64,000 nt of DNA, from positions 1,920,001 through 1,984,000 of the forward strand of contig OZ219791.1 of assembly GCA_964291215.2 (NCBI GenBank), read 5' to 3'. A program made the position numbers and the translations under genes. The first letter of the stretch is position 1, and every line of letters starts with the position of its first letter. Below the pieces are notes generated by a model. The model was given only the letters and a program-made list of their open reading frames with translations. It did not search any database and was not told the DNA's origin. Of the stretch, positions 10,887 to 23,627 are shown one piece after another. The DNA is from Alphaproteobacteria bacterium. GTDB taxonomy: Bacteria; Pseudomonadota; Alphaproteobacteria; MPNO01; UBA830.

Positions 10887-11681
10887 TCAGGTAATCGAGC
10901 GGGAGGCGTCGGCTTCCGCCGCCAGCGCCTCCTCGCGGACGAGTTGCCAGATACCATCGACTCGATCGAGGAATCCTGTGTCCTTCGACAGTGTATCAAG
11001 ATTGGAGCGGTTGAAGCGGGTCTCGACAATTTGCTTGATCCGACCGGGGCGGGCGGTCATGACCGCGACCCGGTCGGCGAGCAGCACCGCCTCGCGCACA
11101 TCGTGGGTGACGAACACGACGGTCTTGGGCGAACGCCGCCAAATCGACAGCAGCTCCTCCTGCATGATGTGACGGGTCTGCGCGTCGAGCGCACCGAACG
11201 GTTCATCCATCAACAGGACGTCTGGGTCGATCGCGAGCGTGCGCGCGATGGCGACCCGTTGCTTCATGCCGCCCGAAAGCTGAGAGGGAAAGGCGTCCTC
11301 GAAGCCGGTGAGATGCACCAGGTCGATATATTCCTGCGCGATCCGCAGGCGTTCGTCCTTGGCCAAGCGTTGCTTTTCCAGCCCGTAGAGGACGTTGTCG
11401 AGGACCGATTTCCAGGGAAAAAGCGCGAAGTGCTGAAAGACGATGCCCCGGTCTGCCCCGGGCCCGGTGACATCGTTGCCGTTCACCGAGATTCCCCCGT
11501 CCTGCAGCGGCAGGAAGCCGCCCAGCAGGTAGAGCAGGGTGCTCTTGCCGCAGCCGCTCGGGCCGAGAAGCGCCAGGAACTCCCGGTCCCCGATGTCGAG
11601 CGAGATACGATCCAGCGCCAGAACCGGGCGGCCGCGTGCGGGCCGGTACTGGTGGACCACCGAGTCGATAGCTATGCCCAT
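10887..11681 (-). CDS. ABC transporter ATP-binding protein (nitrate/sulfonate/taurine type)
   Basis: Walker A GPSGCGKST, signature LSGGMKQR, LLMDEPFGALD, FVTHD. Confidence 0.95.
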   Translation of the reverse strand: MGIAIDSVVHQYRPARGRPVLALDRISLDIGDREFLALLGPSGCGKSTLLYLLGGFLPLQDGGISVNGNDVTGPGADRGIVFQHFALFPWKSVLDNVLYGLEKQRLAKDERLRIAQEYIDLVHLTGFEDAFPSQLSGGMKQRVAIARTLAIDPDVLLMDEPFGALDAQTRHIMQEELLSIWRRSPKTVVFVTHDVREAVLLADRVAVMTARPGRIKQIVETRFNRSNLDTLSKDTGFLDRVDGIWQLVREEALAAEADASRSIT

Positions 11682-11688
11682 GGCCGGC

Positions 11689-12990
11689 CTACAACTCGAT
11701 CAGGTCCATCGCGTCGGGGGTCAGGATGCGCGGCCCCTCCTCCTCGACGACCACCTGCGGGCCGAATTCGACATAGATCCTGTCGTCCTTGGCTGCCTTC
11801 ACCTCGACCGCAACCGCCATGCCCGCCTGCACCGCGAGTTCGCCGGGCGGCTTGCGGTCGACGGCGAACGCGGCGAACTCTTCCAGGTCGGACACCGACC
11901 GGTTGGTCATCGGCCTCCGCCACGGCGCATCCTGTGGCACGTCGCCGCGCACCAGCGCGGTTGCCGGGCCCTCGATGCCGTCGATCCCGACGCAGTGGAG
12001 TTGCGGGATCTCGTGGTAGTAGCCCCGGGAGACGATCGGCCTGTCGACCTCGGCGTCGAGCTCCGACCACGGCGTGCCGGGCTTGAGCAGCGCCATCGCG
12101 CGGTCGGTTGCCTCGCGCACGGCCTCGCGCATCGGCTTGTACTCGTCTTCCAGCGGGCCCAGAGAAATCGCGATATGCGGATGGCTCCAGTAGCCGCCGA
12201 AGCGCGTGTAGTGGCCAACATGCACGACATCGCCGGTGCGCATGATCCGGTCCGTCATCCGCCGGTTGACTGGATAGCCTTCGTTTCCTGAGCACAGGAT
12301 GGTGAAGTGGTCGCGTCCGACCTCGTTGCCGGCCTTGAGCGAAGCGTACATGACCTCCGCGATCAGCTCCGACTCCCGGATGCCGGGCCTCGCATGCGCC
12401 ATGACCGCGTCGATCTCGACATTGGCGATCTCGGACGCCTTCTCGATGAAGGCGATCTCCTCGGAACTCTTGATCATGCGCAGCCGCATGATCAGATCCG
12501 AGGCATCCTTGAACGTCGCATCGGGGAGAAACGACTCGAGCGCCCGGTAGCTCATATACGGAATAGAGCCCTCCGGGTTGAGGCCTCCGCCGACTAGGCC
12601 GACGACGCCGATGATTCCGCTGCCATAGCCGAGTTCGGCGATCGTCTCGGCCGCCACCGGCGTCGTGTTGCCATGGGTTGCACGGAACTCGACACCCTCC
12701 CAGCCGTTCTCCAAGTACCACTTGCCCCAGTTGTCGAGCAGCCACAACAGGACCGGGTTGCCCTTGCGCGGAAAGATCAGGTGACGCTCGATATGGTCGT
12801 TGTTGTCGAGCCAGCGGCAATTGCCGACCTCGTTCCACCCCTTGCCGACGACGAACAGGCAGTCGATGCCGCACTCTTCCATCGCTTGGCGGGCGGCCTT
12901 CCAGCGGCGGTCGCGCTCGGCCAGGGTGAACGCGTTGTGCGGGTTGGCGGTGCGGCCTTCGCGGGGGATGAATCGCGGATCGGCTACCAT
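11689..12990 (-). CDS. M24 family (Xaa-Pro peptidase/creatinase-like) hydrolase
   Basis: Creatinase-like N-terminus; LRMIKSSEEI, GDVVH..GGYWS, LHCVGID, VAVEV. Confidence 0.85.
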   Translation of the reverse strand: MVADPRFIPREGRTANPHNAFTLAERDRRWKAARQAMEECGIDCLFVVGKGWNEVGNCRWLDNNDHIERHLIFPRKGNPVLLWLLDNWGKWYLENGWEGVEFRATHGNTTPVAAETIAELGYGSGIIGVVGLVGGGLNPEGSIPYMSYRALESFLPDATFKDASDLIMRLRMIKSSEEIAFIEKASEIANVEIDAVMAHARPGIRESELIAEVMYASLKAGNEVGRDHFTILCSGNEGYPVNRRMTDRIMRTGDVVHVGHYTRFGGYWSHPHIAISLGPLEDEYKPMREAVREATDRAMALLKPGTPWSELDAEVDRPIVSRGYYHEIPQLHCVGIDGIEGPATALVRGDVPQDAPWRRPMTNRSVSDLEEFAAFAVDRKPPGELAVQAGMAVAVEVKAAKDDRIYVEFGPQVVVEEEGPRILTPDAMDLIEL

Positions 12991-13985
12991 TGCCAGCCGC
13001 CTTTCTTTGGTAATTCCTGAACGACGCGGTTGCGCATGACGCCGACCCCCTCGACCTCGGACTCGATCACGTCGCCGTCTTCGAGGAACCAGGACGGCTC
13101 GTCCTTGCGCCCCATGGCAACTCCCTCAGGGGTTCCGGTGGTGATCAGGTCGCCCGGCTCCAGCGTCATCTGCGACAGGAACGCGATTAGTTTCGGGATC
13201 GGCCAGATCATCCGCTCGGTGCGGCTGTCCTGGCGGGTCTCGCCGTTGATCCGGGTGCGGATCGCAAGATCCATCGGATCGGCGATCTCGTCGCGGGTGA
13301 CGATCCAGGGCCCGGACGGCGCGAAGCAGTCGAACATCTTGCCCAGCATCTGGTTGCCTTCCGCCCGTTCGCGCCGGACCACATCGCGGGCGGAGATGTC
13401 GTTGACAACCGTGTAGCCGGCGATCACGTCATAGGCGCGGTCCTCCGGAACGTCGCGGCAGCGCTTGCCGATCACCAAGGTGAGCTCGGTCTCGTAGTCG
13501 AGCTCGTTGACGACGATCGGCTTGACCACATCGTCGAACGGTCCGATCAGCGACGAGGTCGCCTTTATCCAGGACGACGGGATCGACATGGGCAGACTGG
13601 TTCCGGCCTCGTTGAGATGGGCGAGATAATTGCGCCCGACCGCGATAATCTTCTTCGGCACGGCCGGTGCGCCGAGACGGATCTCGGCCAGCGGCACGAA
13701 GAGCGGTTCTCCGTCGGGGCCGCGGGCGTCCCGCTCCGCTCCGGACAGCCAGTCGGAAGCCGCGGCCAGCGCGTCGCGCCCCGCCTCTCCGATCGCGAGA
13801 TGCTTGGCCCAGTTGCTGGGAAAGCGCAGGGCCGCGATCTCGCGGCCCTGCGGGTCGCCCTGTCGTTCAATCAGGAAGGCGGCGTATGCCGCCCGCACAT
13901 CGCCGACCAGATCGTCCACCACAAGGAGACCGGGCCGTCCGGCATCGGGGGATGCGCCTTCGCGCGCATAGGACACCAGCTTCAT
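12984..13985 (-). CDS. Fumarylacetoacetate hydrolase family protein
   Basis: KIIAVGRNY, LDYETEL, NDISARD, GKMFD, PGDLITTGTPEGV; AGGAGG RBS. Confidence 0.93.
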   Translation of the reverse strand: MKLVSYAREGASPDAGRPGLLVVDDLVGDVRAAYAAFLIERQGDPQGREIAALRFPSNWAKHLAIGEAGRDALAAASDWLSGAERDARGPDGEPLFVPLAEIRLGAPAVPKKIIAVGRNYLAHLNEAGTSLPMSIPSSWIKATSSLIGPFDDVVKPIVVNELDYETELTLVIGKRCRDVPEDRAYDVIAGYTVVNDISARDVVRRERAEGNQMLGKMFDCFAPSGPWIVTRDEIADPMDLAIRTRINGETRQDSRTERMIWPIPKLIAFLSQMTLEPGDLITTGTPEGVAMGRKDEPSWFLEDGDVIESEVEGVGVMRNRVVQELPKKGGWQW

Positions 13986-14261
13986 GAACAATCCTCCTTG
14001 ATTTCCTCGCCCGCAATGTGATCATGACGGGCAGCGCAACGCAACGCCGCCCCTTGGTCAGGACTTTCCTGCGCTGCATTCGATCTTGCCGACTGCTGAT
14101 GGAGGGAGGTTGCACAGGCCCAACCCTGCCGGGTTTTCTGGCCTCGGGGCCGTCCACGGGTCGCCACAGCCGGAAAACCCGGCAAGAATACAGAAATTTG
14201 TGCCCCGTTCAGCGGTCATTCAAGACATCAAACACAGCGGGGGAAAGTCTTGGCCCCCTAG

Positions 14262-15466
<1,205 letters not shown>

Positions 15467-15491
<25 letters not shown>

Positions 15492-16321
15492 CTCTCCTCC
15501 TGTCGCGACGCGGTCGGAGCGAGTTGACCAACCGGGCCGGCGTAAGTTAACCGTGGGCGGGTACCACAATCGCTCCTTCCCGAGAGGCGTTTCCCCGGTT
15601 CCGAAGTTCCATTCCGATGGGCTGCGTGGATGGCTGGAACGAGTCCGGGGGCCGGTCGGGACGAGAAAGCACGCAATATTCTGAAACTGCTCTGGCCGCT
15701 CGCAACCCCGGCGAGGTAGCTTCCGCCGCCGCCGCGCGAAACCAAGTCGGCATTCTTTTGGCCCATATCGAATATATTGGCCTCGTGGGGCTTGAGCGCC
15801 CGATCGCAAATGCAATCGGTGACGCAAACGGTGCGGAAGTTGCAACTCATGGAATTGGCTACCGAAGCCCGTACACGACCCGACGTGGTGCATCCCGTCA
15901 CGAGCAAAGCCCCCACCTGCCGGCTCACCAACCATGCGGCGAAGTTGGTGCCGAGGAGGGCCGAAGGCTTGGTCTTGCGGAGAACGTATTCACCACCCGC
16001 GGGCGCCAGCGCATTCACCACTTGACCGGGTTCCGAATGCTCGGTCAGGTTCTTCAGTCCGGGTGCCTTGTCGCAGAACACGCCAGCATCTGAACCGTCA
16101 TCGGCATAAACAACGCGGGTGAACGCGATCGGGATTTTCGCCTTGCGCGCTGACGCCAACAAGGCCGCGGTTGCGGTAATTGGCCCGCCGAGAATCCCGC
16201 CGCCAAACTGATTCGGATCGGCAAAACCGTTGACAAAATCAACGATCAAAAGAGCCAGCCTGTCGCCGAAGCCGCTCGAATTCCCAGAATTTTGTTTCTG
16301 ACAGATGTCCAGTTTCTTCAC
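15467..16321 (-). pseudogene. Isochorismatase-family amidase (maleamate amidohydrolase/N-carbamoylsarcosine amidase-like), probably inactive
   Basis: ALLIVDFVNGF and LRKTKPS are present, but the GxTTSGCVR motif reads GCTTSGRVR. A run-on C-terminus overlaps the thrC start. Confidence 0.7.
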
Positions 16322-16345
16322 CCGGCTTCCAGGGCGCTCCGTGCG

Positions 16346-17269
16346 CTATTCCCAATACCCGGCAAACCGGGTCGCCACACACTGTTCGTAGGAGAACTTG
16401 CCCTTGATCAGCCCCGCGTTTCGCTGGAACTCGGTCATTCCCTCGACGAACTCCGGTGATATGGCGGCTATGTAGTACGGCAAATCACGCTCGACCACCT
16501 GGGCAATCAGATTGGCCTCTTCCTCGGGAAAAAGAACTTTGCCCACATCGGTCGCCAGCCCGACATCGTTCTTGAGGGCCTTGTGAGTCTTGGTCAACGC
16601 ACGCACCGCGGCGGCGCATGCATCCGGGTCGTCGTCGATCATCTTTTGGGACGTAATGAGGGCAGGCATCGTGTAGTTGAAAGCCTTGGGGGGACCATCC
16701 CCCCGCCGGGCATCAATCACCATGGTGCCAACGCCGCGGGTCACCGCTACCTCCGCGCCCATTCCGTTGGCCCAGAAACCATCGATCTTGCCGTCTTCCA
16801 GCGCCTTCGCCGCGGTTACGCCGAAGTTCAGGTTGTTGCCGGTGAATGCGCCGGGGACCGGCGCGATGTTGATCTCGTCACGGACTTCATCGAGTCCGGA
16901 TTCGACGATCAGCTGCTTCAGCCCGAGATCGACCAGAGGCGCGGCACCGATATTCAGCCCCTTGATTGCGTTGATATCGCCTTGCTGCGCGTTCAGGTCG
17001 GTGCGAAGGATTAAGAACCAGTACATGCCTTGTGCCAGAGAAGCGAGCAGCTTGCCTCCTTCCCATTCCGGAAATGCATGCGGCGTCGAGTGCGCGGATC
17101 CGCCGACAAATTGAACTTCGCCGTCACGCAGTACCTCAAGCGTCTTATCCACTGGGAAGATAAGGTCGAGGGACATATCCAGACCTTCTTCCTTGAAAAA
17201 GCCCAACTCTACCGCGGCAGCGGCCGGGAAGTAGGAGTTGGAAATGAGATCGGGAATGGCAATTTTCAT
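16346..17269 (-). CDS. ABC transporter substrate-binding protein (NMT1/SsuA-like)
   Basis: AAVELGFFKEEGLD, ALEDGKIDGFW; no signal peptide visible. Confidence 0.8.
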   Translation of the reverse strand: MKIAIPDLISNSYFPAAAAVELGFFKEEGLDMSLDLIFPVDKTLEVLRDGEVQFVGGSAHSTPHAFPEWEGGKLLASLAQGMYWFLILRTDLNAQQGDINAIKGLNIGAAPLVDLGLKQLIVESGLDEVRDEINIAPVPGAFTGNNLNFGVTAAKALEDGKIDGFWANGMGAEVAVTRGVGTMVIDARRGDGPPKAFNYTMPALITSQKMIDDDPDACAAAVRALTKTHKALKNDVGLATDVGKVLFPEEEANLIAQVVERDLPYYIAAISPEFVEGMTEFQRNAGLIKGKFSYEQCVATRFAGYWE

Positions 17270-17412
17270 TACAGGGCCTCGACTGTGTGGGGACTCTAAT
17301 GTTTACTACGGGAACGAGCCGCCTGACGCAAACATCAGTCGGATAAACACTCAGAGCTTGACCGAAAAGTGAGTGGTCTGCCCAAGTGTGGTCTTCCGGG
17401 TCCAGTTTTGAC

Positions 17413-17645
17413 CTAGAATCTGGAGGTTGCAAATGTCTTGGGCGGAGACCGCTCAGGCGCAGCATATGTGCTCATTCGGCGTTGCGCACACCGAATATGA
17501 GACCGGTATGACGGACGCGGAGTGGGCGCTTGTGGAGAGTTTTCTGCCACCGCCATCGAAAATGGGTCGTCCTCGGAAAACTGATCTTCGTGCGGTGTTC
17601 CACGCGATTCAGTTTCTGCTTGGCACGGGCGCTTGCGGGTCGTGA
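17413..17645 (+). mobile_element. IS5-family transposase 5' remnant
   Basis: YETGMTDAEWALVESFLPPPSKMGRPRKTDLRAVFHAIQFLLGTG; CTAG at 17413. Confidence 0.8.
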
Positions 17646-17882
17646 TGAGGAGCCGGCGGCGGCGGCGTCCACCGGGCCGCGGGCTGGATCCGCGTCGGAA
17701 CAACCAGGGGGTGCGGCCGCTACCACCGACATAACCGGGCCGACAAGCCGAAGAAGGACATCTGGCCCGCTCCGCAAGGGCAGGAAGCGGACCCTCAATC
17801 GCTGAACCCTGCAACCAGCACAGGATGGCGCTTGGCTCCTCCTCCGCAGTGCCGGGACAAAACCGCAACCAATGCGGAAAAC

Positions 17883-20663
17883 GTAACTGCTCACCCCCTG
17901 GTTCCAGCTTGATGTCGGGGTAGAGCAACGAACGGGTTTTCGTGGAGATTTGACACTGCAGGCCGATTCGTTTAGTGGTGGTAATCGAGAACGACGGGGA
18001 CCGCCAGTGGGCTACTTTGGATCGAAGGCGACGAGCGGGCTGTGCCAGCTGCTTTCGGGGCTCCAGCCCCCGCATGATCTGTATGTGGAAACGCATCTCG
18101 GAAGCGGCGCGCTGATGAAGCGCAAGGCCGGGTGATGGCGACGGGCGGCGCGCGAGGAGTTCGAAGCGGCCAAGACCGCGGCGCTGCCGGCAAAGTGGCG
18201 GAAGAGGCCGTCATCCGCGTCCTCGTCATCCTGCTCGACATCATCATCGTCGTCCTTCTGGAGAAGACCACGCACGAGCCGGAACTCCGGTCTGCCGCCG
18301 TCACAGACGGACAAGAGCGTGCCGGGAGCAAGGGCCCGAAGCCGAACCGGCAGATGGGCGACAACCTGCGCAAGATCATCGTCGAGGAGACGGTCGCGGC
18401 CTGCGACGCCTGCGGCGCCGACAATCATCGACGGCCCCATCGATCGGGAGCGCCGCACGACATCGTGTTCGAGGTCGTCGAGCGCCGCGCCGAGATCAAG
18501 GAATGCCCGAAGTGCAAGGCCCGGTTCCCCGACAACATCCCGTGCAGTACGGCATCGGCATCCAGGCCCTCGTTATCAACCTGCTGGTCGCCCAGATGCT
18601 GTCCCTGCGCCGTGCCGTCGCGCTCGTGCAGGCGATCTCCGGCATCAAGCTCTCCGAGGCAACCTGCCTCAGCTATGCTTTCACGATGCGCTCGCGTCAT
18701 GGGAGGAGGCCGCCGTGGCGCACCTCCTGCAACGCCCGATGTCGACGATTTCGGATCAACAGTAAGTGGCTTCATGTCGTGGGACCCTGACGTGCAAGTT
18801 CCCGCACCGCAAGCGCGGGCAAGAGATCGGCCCGTGCTACAAGGGCGTCCTGGGCCTCGTACATGAGCCAGTGTAGCCATCAGTTGTGCGGCAGCCACCT
18901 GCTGCGCGAACTGACCTTTGTCGTCGAGGCTACCGCGCGACTGATGAAGAGCCTGCTCCCTGCCACAAGGTCAACAAGAGCGCATCCAAAACCCTGAACG
19001 AGGCCGGGCGCTACCGCACCATCAGGGCGCCAGGGAACTGCCCGACATCCCGCCGCCGACGAAAGGAAAACATGGACGCATAGCAAACGCGCACAACCTG
19101 CACGAACGTCTCGTGAAACACGAAAACCTGCGCTTCATAGACAACCCCGACGTCAGCTTCACCAACAATGCCGGAGAACAGAAGATCAGGATGGCAAAGG
19201 TCAAGGTGTCCGGATGCTTCCGCTCCACGCAAAAGCATGGTGCCGGGGCTCAAGCTACCTCACCTCCATGGCCGCACTCGGCTACAATCATCACGTCGCA
19301 ACCCAGATCACCCTCGACGGAAAAGCCGCAGACATCATCAACGAGCACTACGACCAATCAGAACCCAACTAGTAGTATGACATTATTGTATTGATGGGCA
19401 TAGTGACTTCAGTTTCGTCCGGGCATCCTTCGTCGTGAAACGCCAGTCGACAGTGACATCGGCCGCATTGCGGCGCTCGACCCACGCCACGGTCTCCCGC
19501 AGCATGGTGTCGCGGTCGGGAATGCGTCGCCGAAGACACTGCCGCGACAGCGCACCGATCTCGATCTCGGCCATGTTGAGCCAGCTCCCGTGCTTGGGCG
19601 TGTAGCGAAACTCGAACCGCTTTCGCACCCGCCTCGCCTCCTCGGGCTCGAAGGCTTCATACAGCGACTGTGCGTGTTCAGATTGTCCAGCACGATCTTC
19701 CTGTCGGGGAAATGGTCGTCGGCAAGCTCCCGGATGAAGTGCGCCCAGTCCCGCGGCGGTCGGTGACTTTCACCGTACGCCAGTTCTCGTTGGGCGCAAA
19801 GGCCATAAAGAGGTTGGCCGTGCCGTTGCGCTCATATTCATAGTCGACCACCTCCGGCTGACCGGAGGACGGGGGATGCGGGTTTCCTTCGTCTGCTGCC
19901 GGCTGGTCTCAGCACCTCGTCCCCGGCAAAGTCCCGCTGATAAGTGTCAAGCACATCCGCCGCCACGAACTGTGCGCTCCGGTGCGGTGGAATGCACCAG
20001 TACTGCTTCAGCCACGGCTTGATCTCTTTTTTTTTAGAGTCTTCCTGACCGTCTCTTCTGAAATGCTCTCGACGATTTCCATCTCCACCAGACGGCCGGC
20101 AAGCAGCTTCAGCGTCCACAGCCCTCGGGCGGGGACGAACAGGCCAGAGCGATCAGCTTCGCCTCCATCGCCCCGTCCAGCCGTTTCGGCCGGCGGTTCA
20201 CCTGCTCCTTGCGGCTGAGGGCGGCCTCCAACCCCTCCAGAACGCAGCGCTTGCGCAAACGCTCGACTGTCGCCGTGCCGATGCCCAGCCCTTGCGCAAT
20301 GTCGGCATCGACAAGCCGAGCGCCCCCTCGTCGGCCAGCATCAGGACCTGTGCCCGGCGCCGACGCCAGGCGGCCCCGGTGCCGTCGACGATCGCCTTCA
20401 GATCCTGGCGCTCCTGCGTTGAAAGGGTAACCCGGTAGAGCTTCCTGCCCCGAGAGTTGGCCATATGCGCCGCTCCTGTCATTGCGCCGAAGACCTGCGG
20501 GTATGCCCGTTGTCCGGACCTGCGCATGGGGCTGCCTGCCTGTTCGGCATCTGCCCGTGTGGATATCGGCACTGTCCAGATTCCAACGAACGCCGACACG
20601 GAAATACTACCCACAAAAAACCATCAATACAATGCCGGTGGACTACTAGGGGTGAGTAGATAC
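17883..20663 (+). mobile_element. IS66-family element copy 4, degenerate, with nested IS630
   Basis: Both terminal repeats present; perfect 8-bp duplication CGGAAAAC at 17875-17882 and 20664-20671. Confidence 0.92.
19372..20646 (-). mobile_element. IS630-family element, degenerate
   Basis: TA duplication (19370-19371, 20647-20648). Terminal repeats GTAGT(N8)ATTGTATTGATGG. Motifs YTPKHGSWLNMAEIEI, VLDNLNTH, KPWLKQYWCIPP; A9 slippery run at 20027-20035. Confidence 0.92.
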
Positions 20664-20907
20664 CGGAAAACATGGCATGGCGCCAGTGCCCGCCAACCTC
20701 ACCGCGCATCCCGGCGCACGAAACCGCTCCGGGTGACGCTGGAACTCCCTGACAAAAGCCCGTCAAACGGATCGAAATAACAACACCTCACCGCACGAAC
20801 GAGTGCTTGCAATAAAGATATCCGAGAGCTCAGAATATCAACCCGTTGTAATACAGAGATTAATTTTCATAACTTGTGTAACTCTGACATTGTCGGGAGA
20901 ATTCGTG

Positions 20908-21791
20908 ATGGCATCGGTCGGGCTGATCGGAATCGGCACTCTCGGACTGGCGGTAGCGCGCAACCTGATTGCTCGCGGGCACCGCGTGACTGGCTACCGC
21001 CGCTCTCCGATGGATGCGTTCGCGGCGGAGGGCGGTATTGCGGCAGCAAGTCCGGCCGCCGTCGCCGACGCCGCCGAGGTGGTACTCACTTGTCTGCCGG
21101 ACGGCACGGCCTTGGAGGCGGTGGTCGACGGCCCCGGAGGGCTGCTCGCGGGCGGTATGGCTGGCAAGACGGTTTTCGAGCTGGGCTCGTTTTCGATGCC
21201 GGCGCGCGAGGCCGCCCGAACAGCGCTTGCGGAGATTGGGACGCCTTTCCTAGAATGCGCGGTGAGCGGCAACCCCGACTATGTGCGTGCACGAACAGCG
21301 GCCGTCTTCGTCAGCGGCGATGATGACGCCTTCGATGCGCACCGGGGAGTCCTGCGCGACATCACCGACAAAGTCTCCCATGTCGGCACGTTCGGTGCGG
21401 CGACGGCGCTGAAGGCGATCGTGACCGCCCTGATCCCGGTTCACACATTGGCGCCGCCGAGGCATTCGCGCTCGCCACGCGGGCCGGGCTGGACCGCCAG
21501 ACGGTATTCGACGCAATTGCCGGCACGCCGGCCAGTTCCGGCATGTTCGAGACCCGCGGAAAGGCCATGATCGACGGCGGCCACTCTCGTGCGGCGAGCA
21601 TCGAGGGTTATCTGAAGAACATCGGCATCGCGACCGAACTGGCCGAATCCGTGGGCGGCGACTACCCGCTCTTCGCCACGATGAAGGACATGTTCCAGCG
21701 GACGATCGCGGCCGGGCTGACGGGCGTCGACCAGTCGGTGGTGTTCGACTACCTGATGCGCGGTGACGACGCAGACGATCCCGAGGGTTGA
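20908..21791 (+). pseudogene. NAD(P)-dependent oxidoreductase (3-hydroxyisobutyrate dehydrogenase family), frameshifted near 21452
   Basis: GLIGIGTLG, FLECAVSG, ALKAI; the reading continues AAEAFALATRAGLD...SSGMFETRG in another frame. Confidence 0.8.
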
Positions 21792-22034
21792 AGCGTATTC
21801 GTGTTCGGAAGGAAGCATCGCGGCGTGGTCTCCCGGACGCGGCCCTTCGGTTCGGGCGCCTCGGGATGAGGGAGGATCCCCGGGGCCTGCAACCCTGCCT
21901 TCGTTTCGGGCAGCGGGCTCGCGAACCACGGATCATGCGGTCCGTCGTCGGCAGCAGGGCCCGGCAACGAAAACCGGGACGGAACGCTTGTCTGCCCGGA
22001 TCCGCGCCCGACGCCAGATACTCCTTGTTGAAGG

Positions 22035-22880
22035 CTAGACTGATGTCTCCTCGCGGGCGGTTTCCTGGTGCCAAGACAGGAGACACCGACGGACGATTTC
22101 CATCGTCTTGATCACCGCGAAGCCGAGCAGGCCGATCTCGATGATGCCGGCGAAGACGCCCGGCGAGTCGGCGAAGCGGGCGCTGCGAAGCATGGCCGAA
22201 CCCAGGCCTTCGCCACCCATCACCATCTCGGTGACCAGGACCACGATCAGGCAGATCGGCATCGCGATCTGAAGCCCGGTCAGGATCTGCGGCAGTGCGG
22301 CGGGCAAGATGACCTGCCAGAGGATCTGGCGGTCGCTCGCCCCCAGGCTGCGCGCCGACCATATGAGTTCGCGCTCGACACTTCGGGTTGCAGCCCATGC
22401 GGTCGCAATGATCTGGAACGACGCCGAGAAGGTGACCATCATGATCTTGGCGAGGTCGAAGAGACCGAACCAGAGCATGAATACCGGCAGGAGCGCAATT
22501 TTCGGAGCCGGCAACCCAATCGACACGATGGGATCGAAGAACCACCCGACCGAAACCACGCGCGCCATCAGGATCCCGAGCAGCACGCCGACAGAGGCCG
22601 CAAGCCCGAAGGCGACCAGCGCCCGATAGAGGGTGAGGGCGGCGTTCAACAGCAGTTTTCCAGTAATCAGGTCGTCAAAGATGCGCATGACGACCGTGGA
22701 GAATGCCGGCAGCAGGAAGGGATCGATCGCCTTCTGCAGGGCGGTCACCTCCCAGGCAATGATGGTGGCTCCGATCAGCGCGAAGGGGCCGAGCGTTTCG
22801 AACAGCCACACCGCCTTGTCCCGGACGGTCTCCGGGAACACGGGCTCTGTGCCGCCGGCGGCCTGGCCGATTCGCATCAT
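22035..22880 (-). CDS. ABC transporter permease (SsuC/TauC-like)
   Basis: Hydrophobic; SARSLGAS..ILWQVILPAALPQILTGL EAA-loop region. Confidence 0.9.
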   Translation of the reverse strand: MMRIGQAAGGTEPVFPETVRDKAVWLFETLGPFALIGATIIAWEVTALQKAIDPFLLPAFSTVVMRIFDDLITGKLLLNAALTLYRALVAFGLAASVGVLLGILMARVVSVGWFFDPIVSIGLPAPKIALLPVFMLWFGLFDLAKIMMVTFSASFQIIATAWAATRSVERELIWSARSLGASDRQILWQVILPAALPQILTGLQIAMPICLIVVLVTEMVMGGEGLGSAMLRSARFADSPGVFAGIIEIGLLGFAVIKTMEIVRRCLLSWHQETAREETSV

Positions 22881-22885
22881 CGTTC

Positions 22886-23626
22886 CTACTCCCGCCAGGC
22901 CAGAAGGCGGTTCGTGACCGCGAGGTAGAGCCGGTCGGCCATGAAGCCAATCATGGCGATGGTGATCGCGCCCGCAAACATGCCGCGGAAATCGCCGGCC
23001 TCGCCGAGGAAGCCGATCAGGAAGCCGATGCCGTCATTGGCGATGATCAGCTCGGAGCTCACCATCAGGATGAACGACAGCGCCAGCGCGACCCGGATCC
23101 CGTGCAGGATCTCGGGCAACGAAGCCGGGACCACGATTTCGCGGAGCACTTCGAACTCGTTGGCCCCCATGCCGCGCGCCGACCAGATCAGGACCTGATC
23201 GACCCCGCGGGCGGCGTTGAACGAGGAGACTACGATCGGCAGCAGGCAGCCGATGAAGATCAGGGTGATCTTCGAACTGTCGCCGAGGCCGATCCAGATG
23301 ATGACGAGCGGGATCAGCGCCGATTTGGGCATCGGGTAGAAGCACTGGATCACCGGCTTCACCAGGATGCGGACCGGCTTGTGCCACGCCATCAGGATGC
23401 CGGCGGCCATGCCGAACACGATGGCGCAGGCGAGCGCTGACATGCCGCGCATGATCGACCTGCCAGTCTGGTACAGGAGATCCTGCAGCAGCAGGTTCCA
23501 GAACGCCACGATGATGTTGCTCAGCGCCGGCAGGGTAAGCTCGGCGATGAGCCCCGCCCGGGTGACCACCTCCCAGACAACGGCGATCAGCAGCAATGGC
23601 GCGTAGCGCCTGAGTGTTGCAGCCAT
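22886..23626 (-). CDS. ABC transporter permease (SsuC/TauC-like)
   Basis: Start MAATLRRYAPLL; SARGMGAN..IVVPASLPEILHG. Confidence 0.9.
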   Translation of the reverse strand: MAATLRRYAPLLLIAVVWEVVTRAGLIAELTLPALSNIIVAFWNLLLQDLLYQTGRSIMRGMSALACAIVFGMAAGILMAWHKPVRILVKPVIQCFYPMPKSALIPLVIIWIGLGDSSKITLIFIGCLLPIVVSSFNAARGVDQVLIWSARGMGANEFEVLREIVVPASLPEILHGIRVALALSFILMVSSELIIANDGIGFLIGFLGEAGDFRGMFAGAITIAMIGFMADRLYLAVTNRLLAWRE

Positions 23627-23627
23627 C

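Larger units (their letters stand above)
17646..20810 (+). mobile_element. Right-end remnant of the IS66/DUF4338 element, interrupted by IS66 copy 4
   Basis: About 17720-17882 plus 20664-20810 align with about 37230-37512; encodes KPKKDIW; ends in CACCGCACGAACGAGTGCTTGC. Confidence 0.8.

Noticed and set aside
14128-14186. Intergenic hairpin TGCCGGGTTTTC...GAAAACCCGGCA as an ncRNA or REP family
   Set aside because: Only one clear instance was seen; it is most simply a terminator-like stem downstream of thrC.
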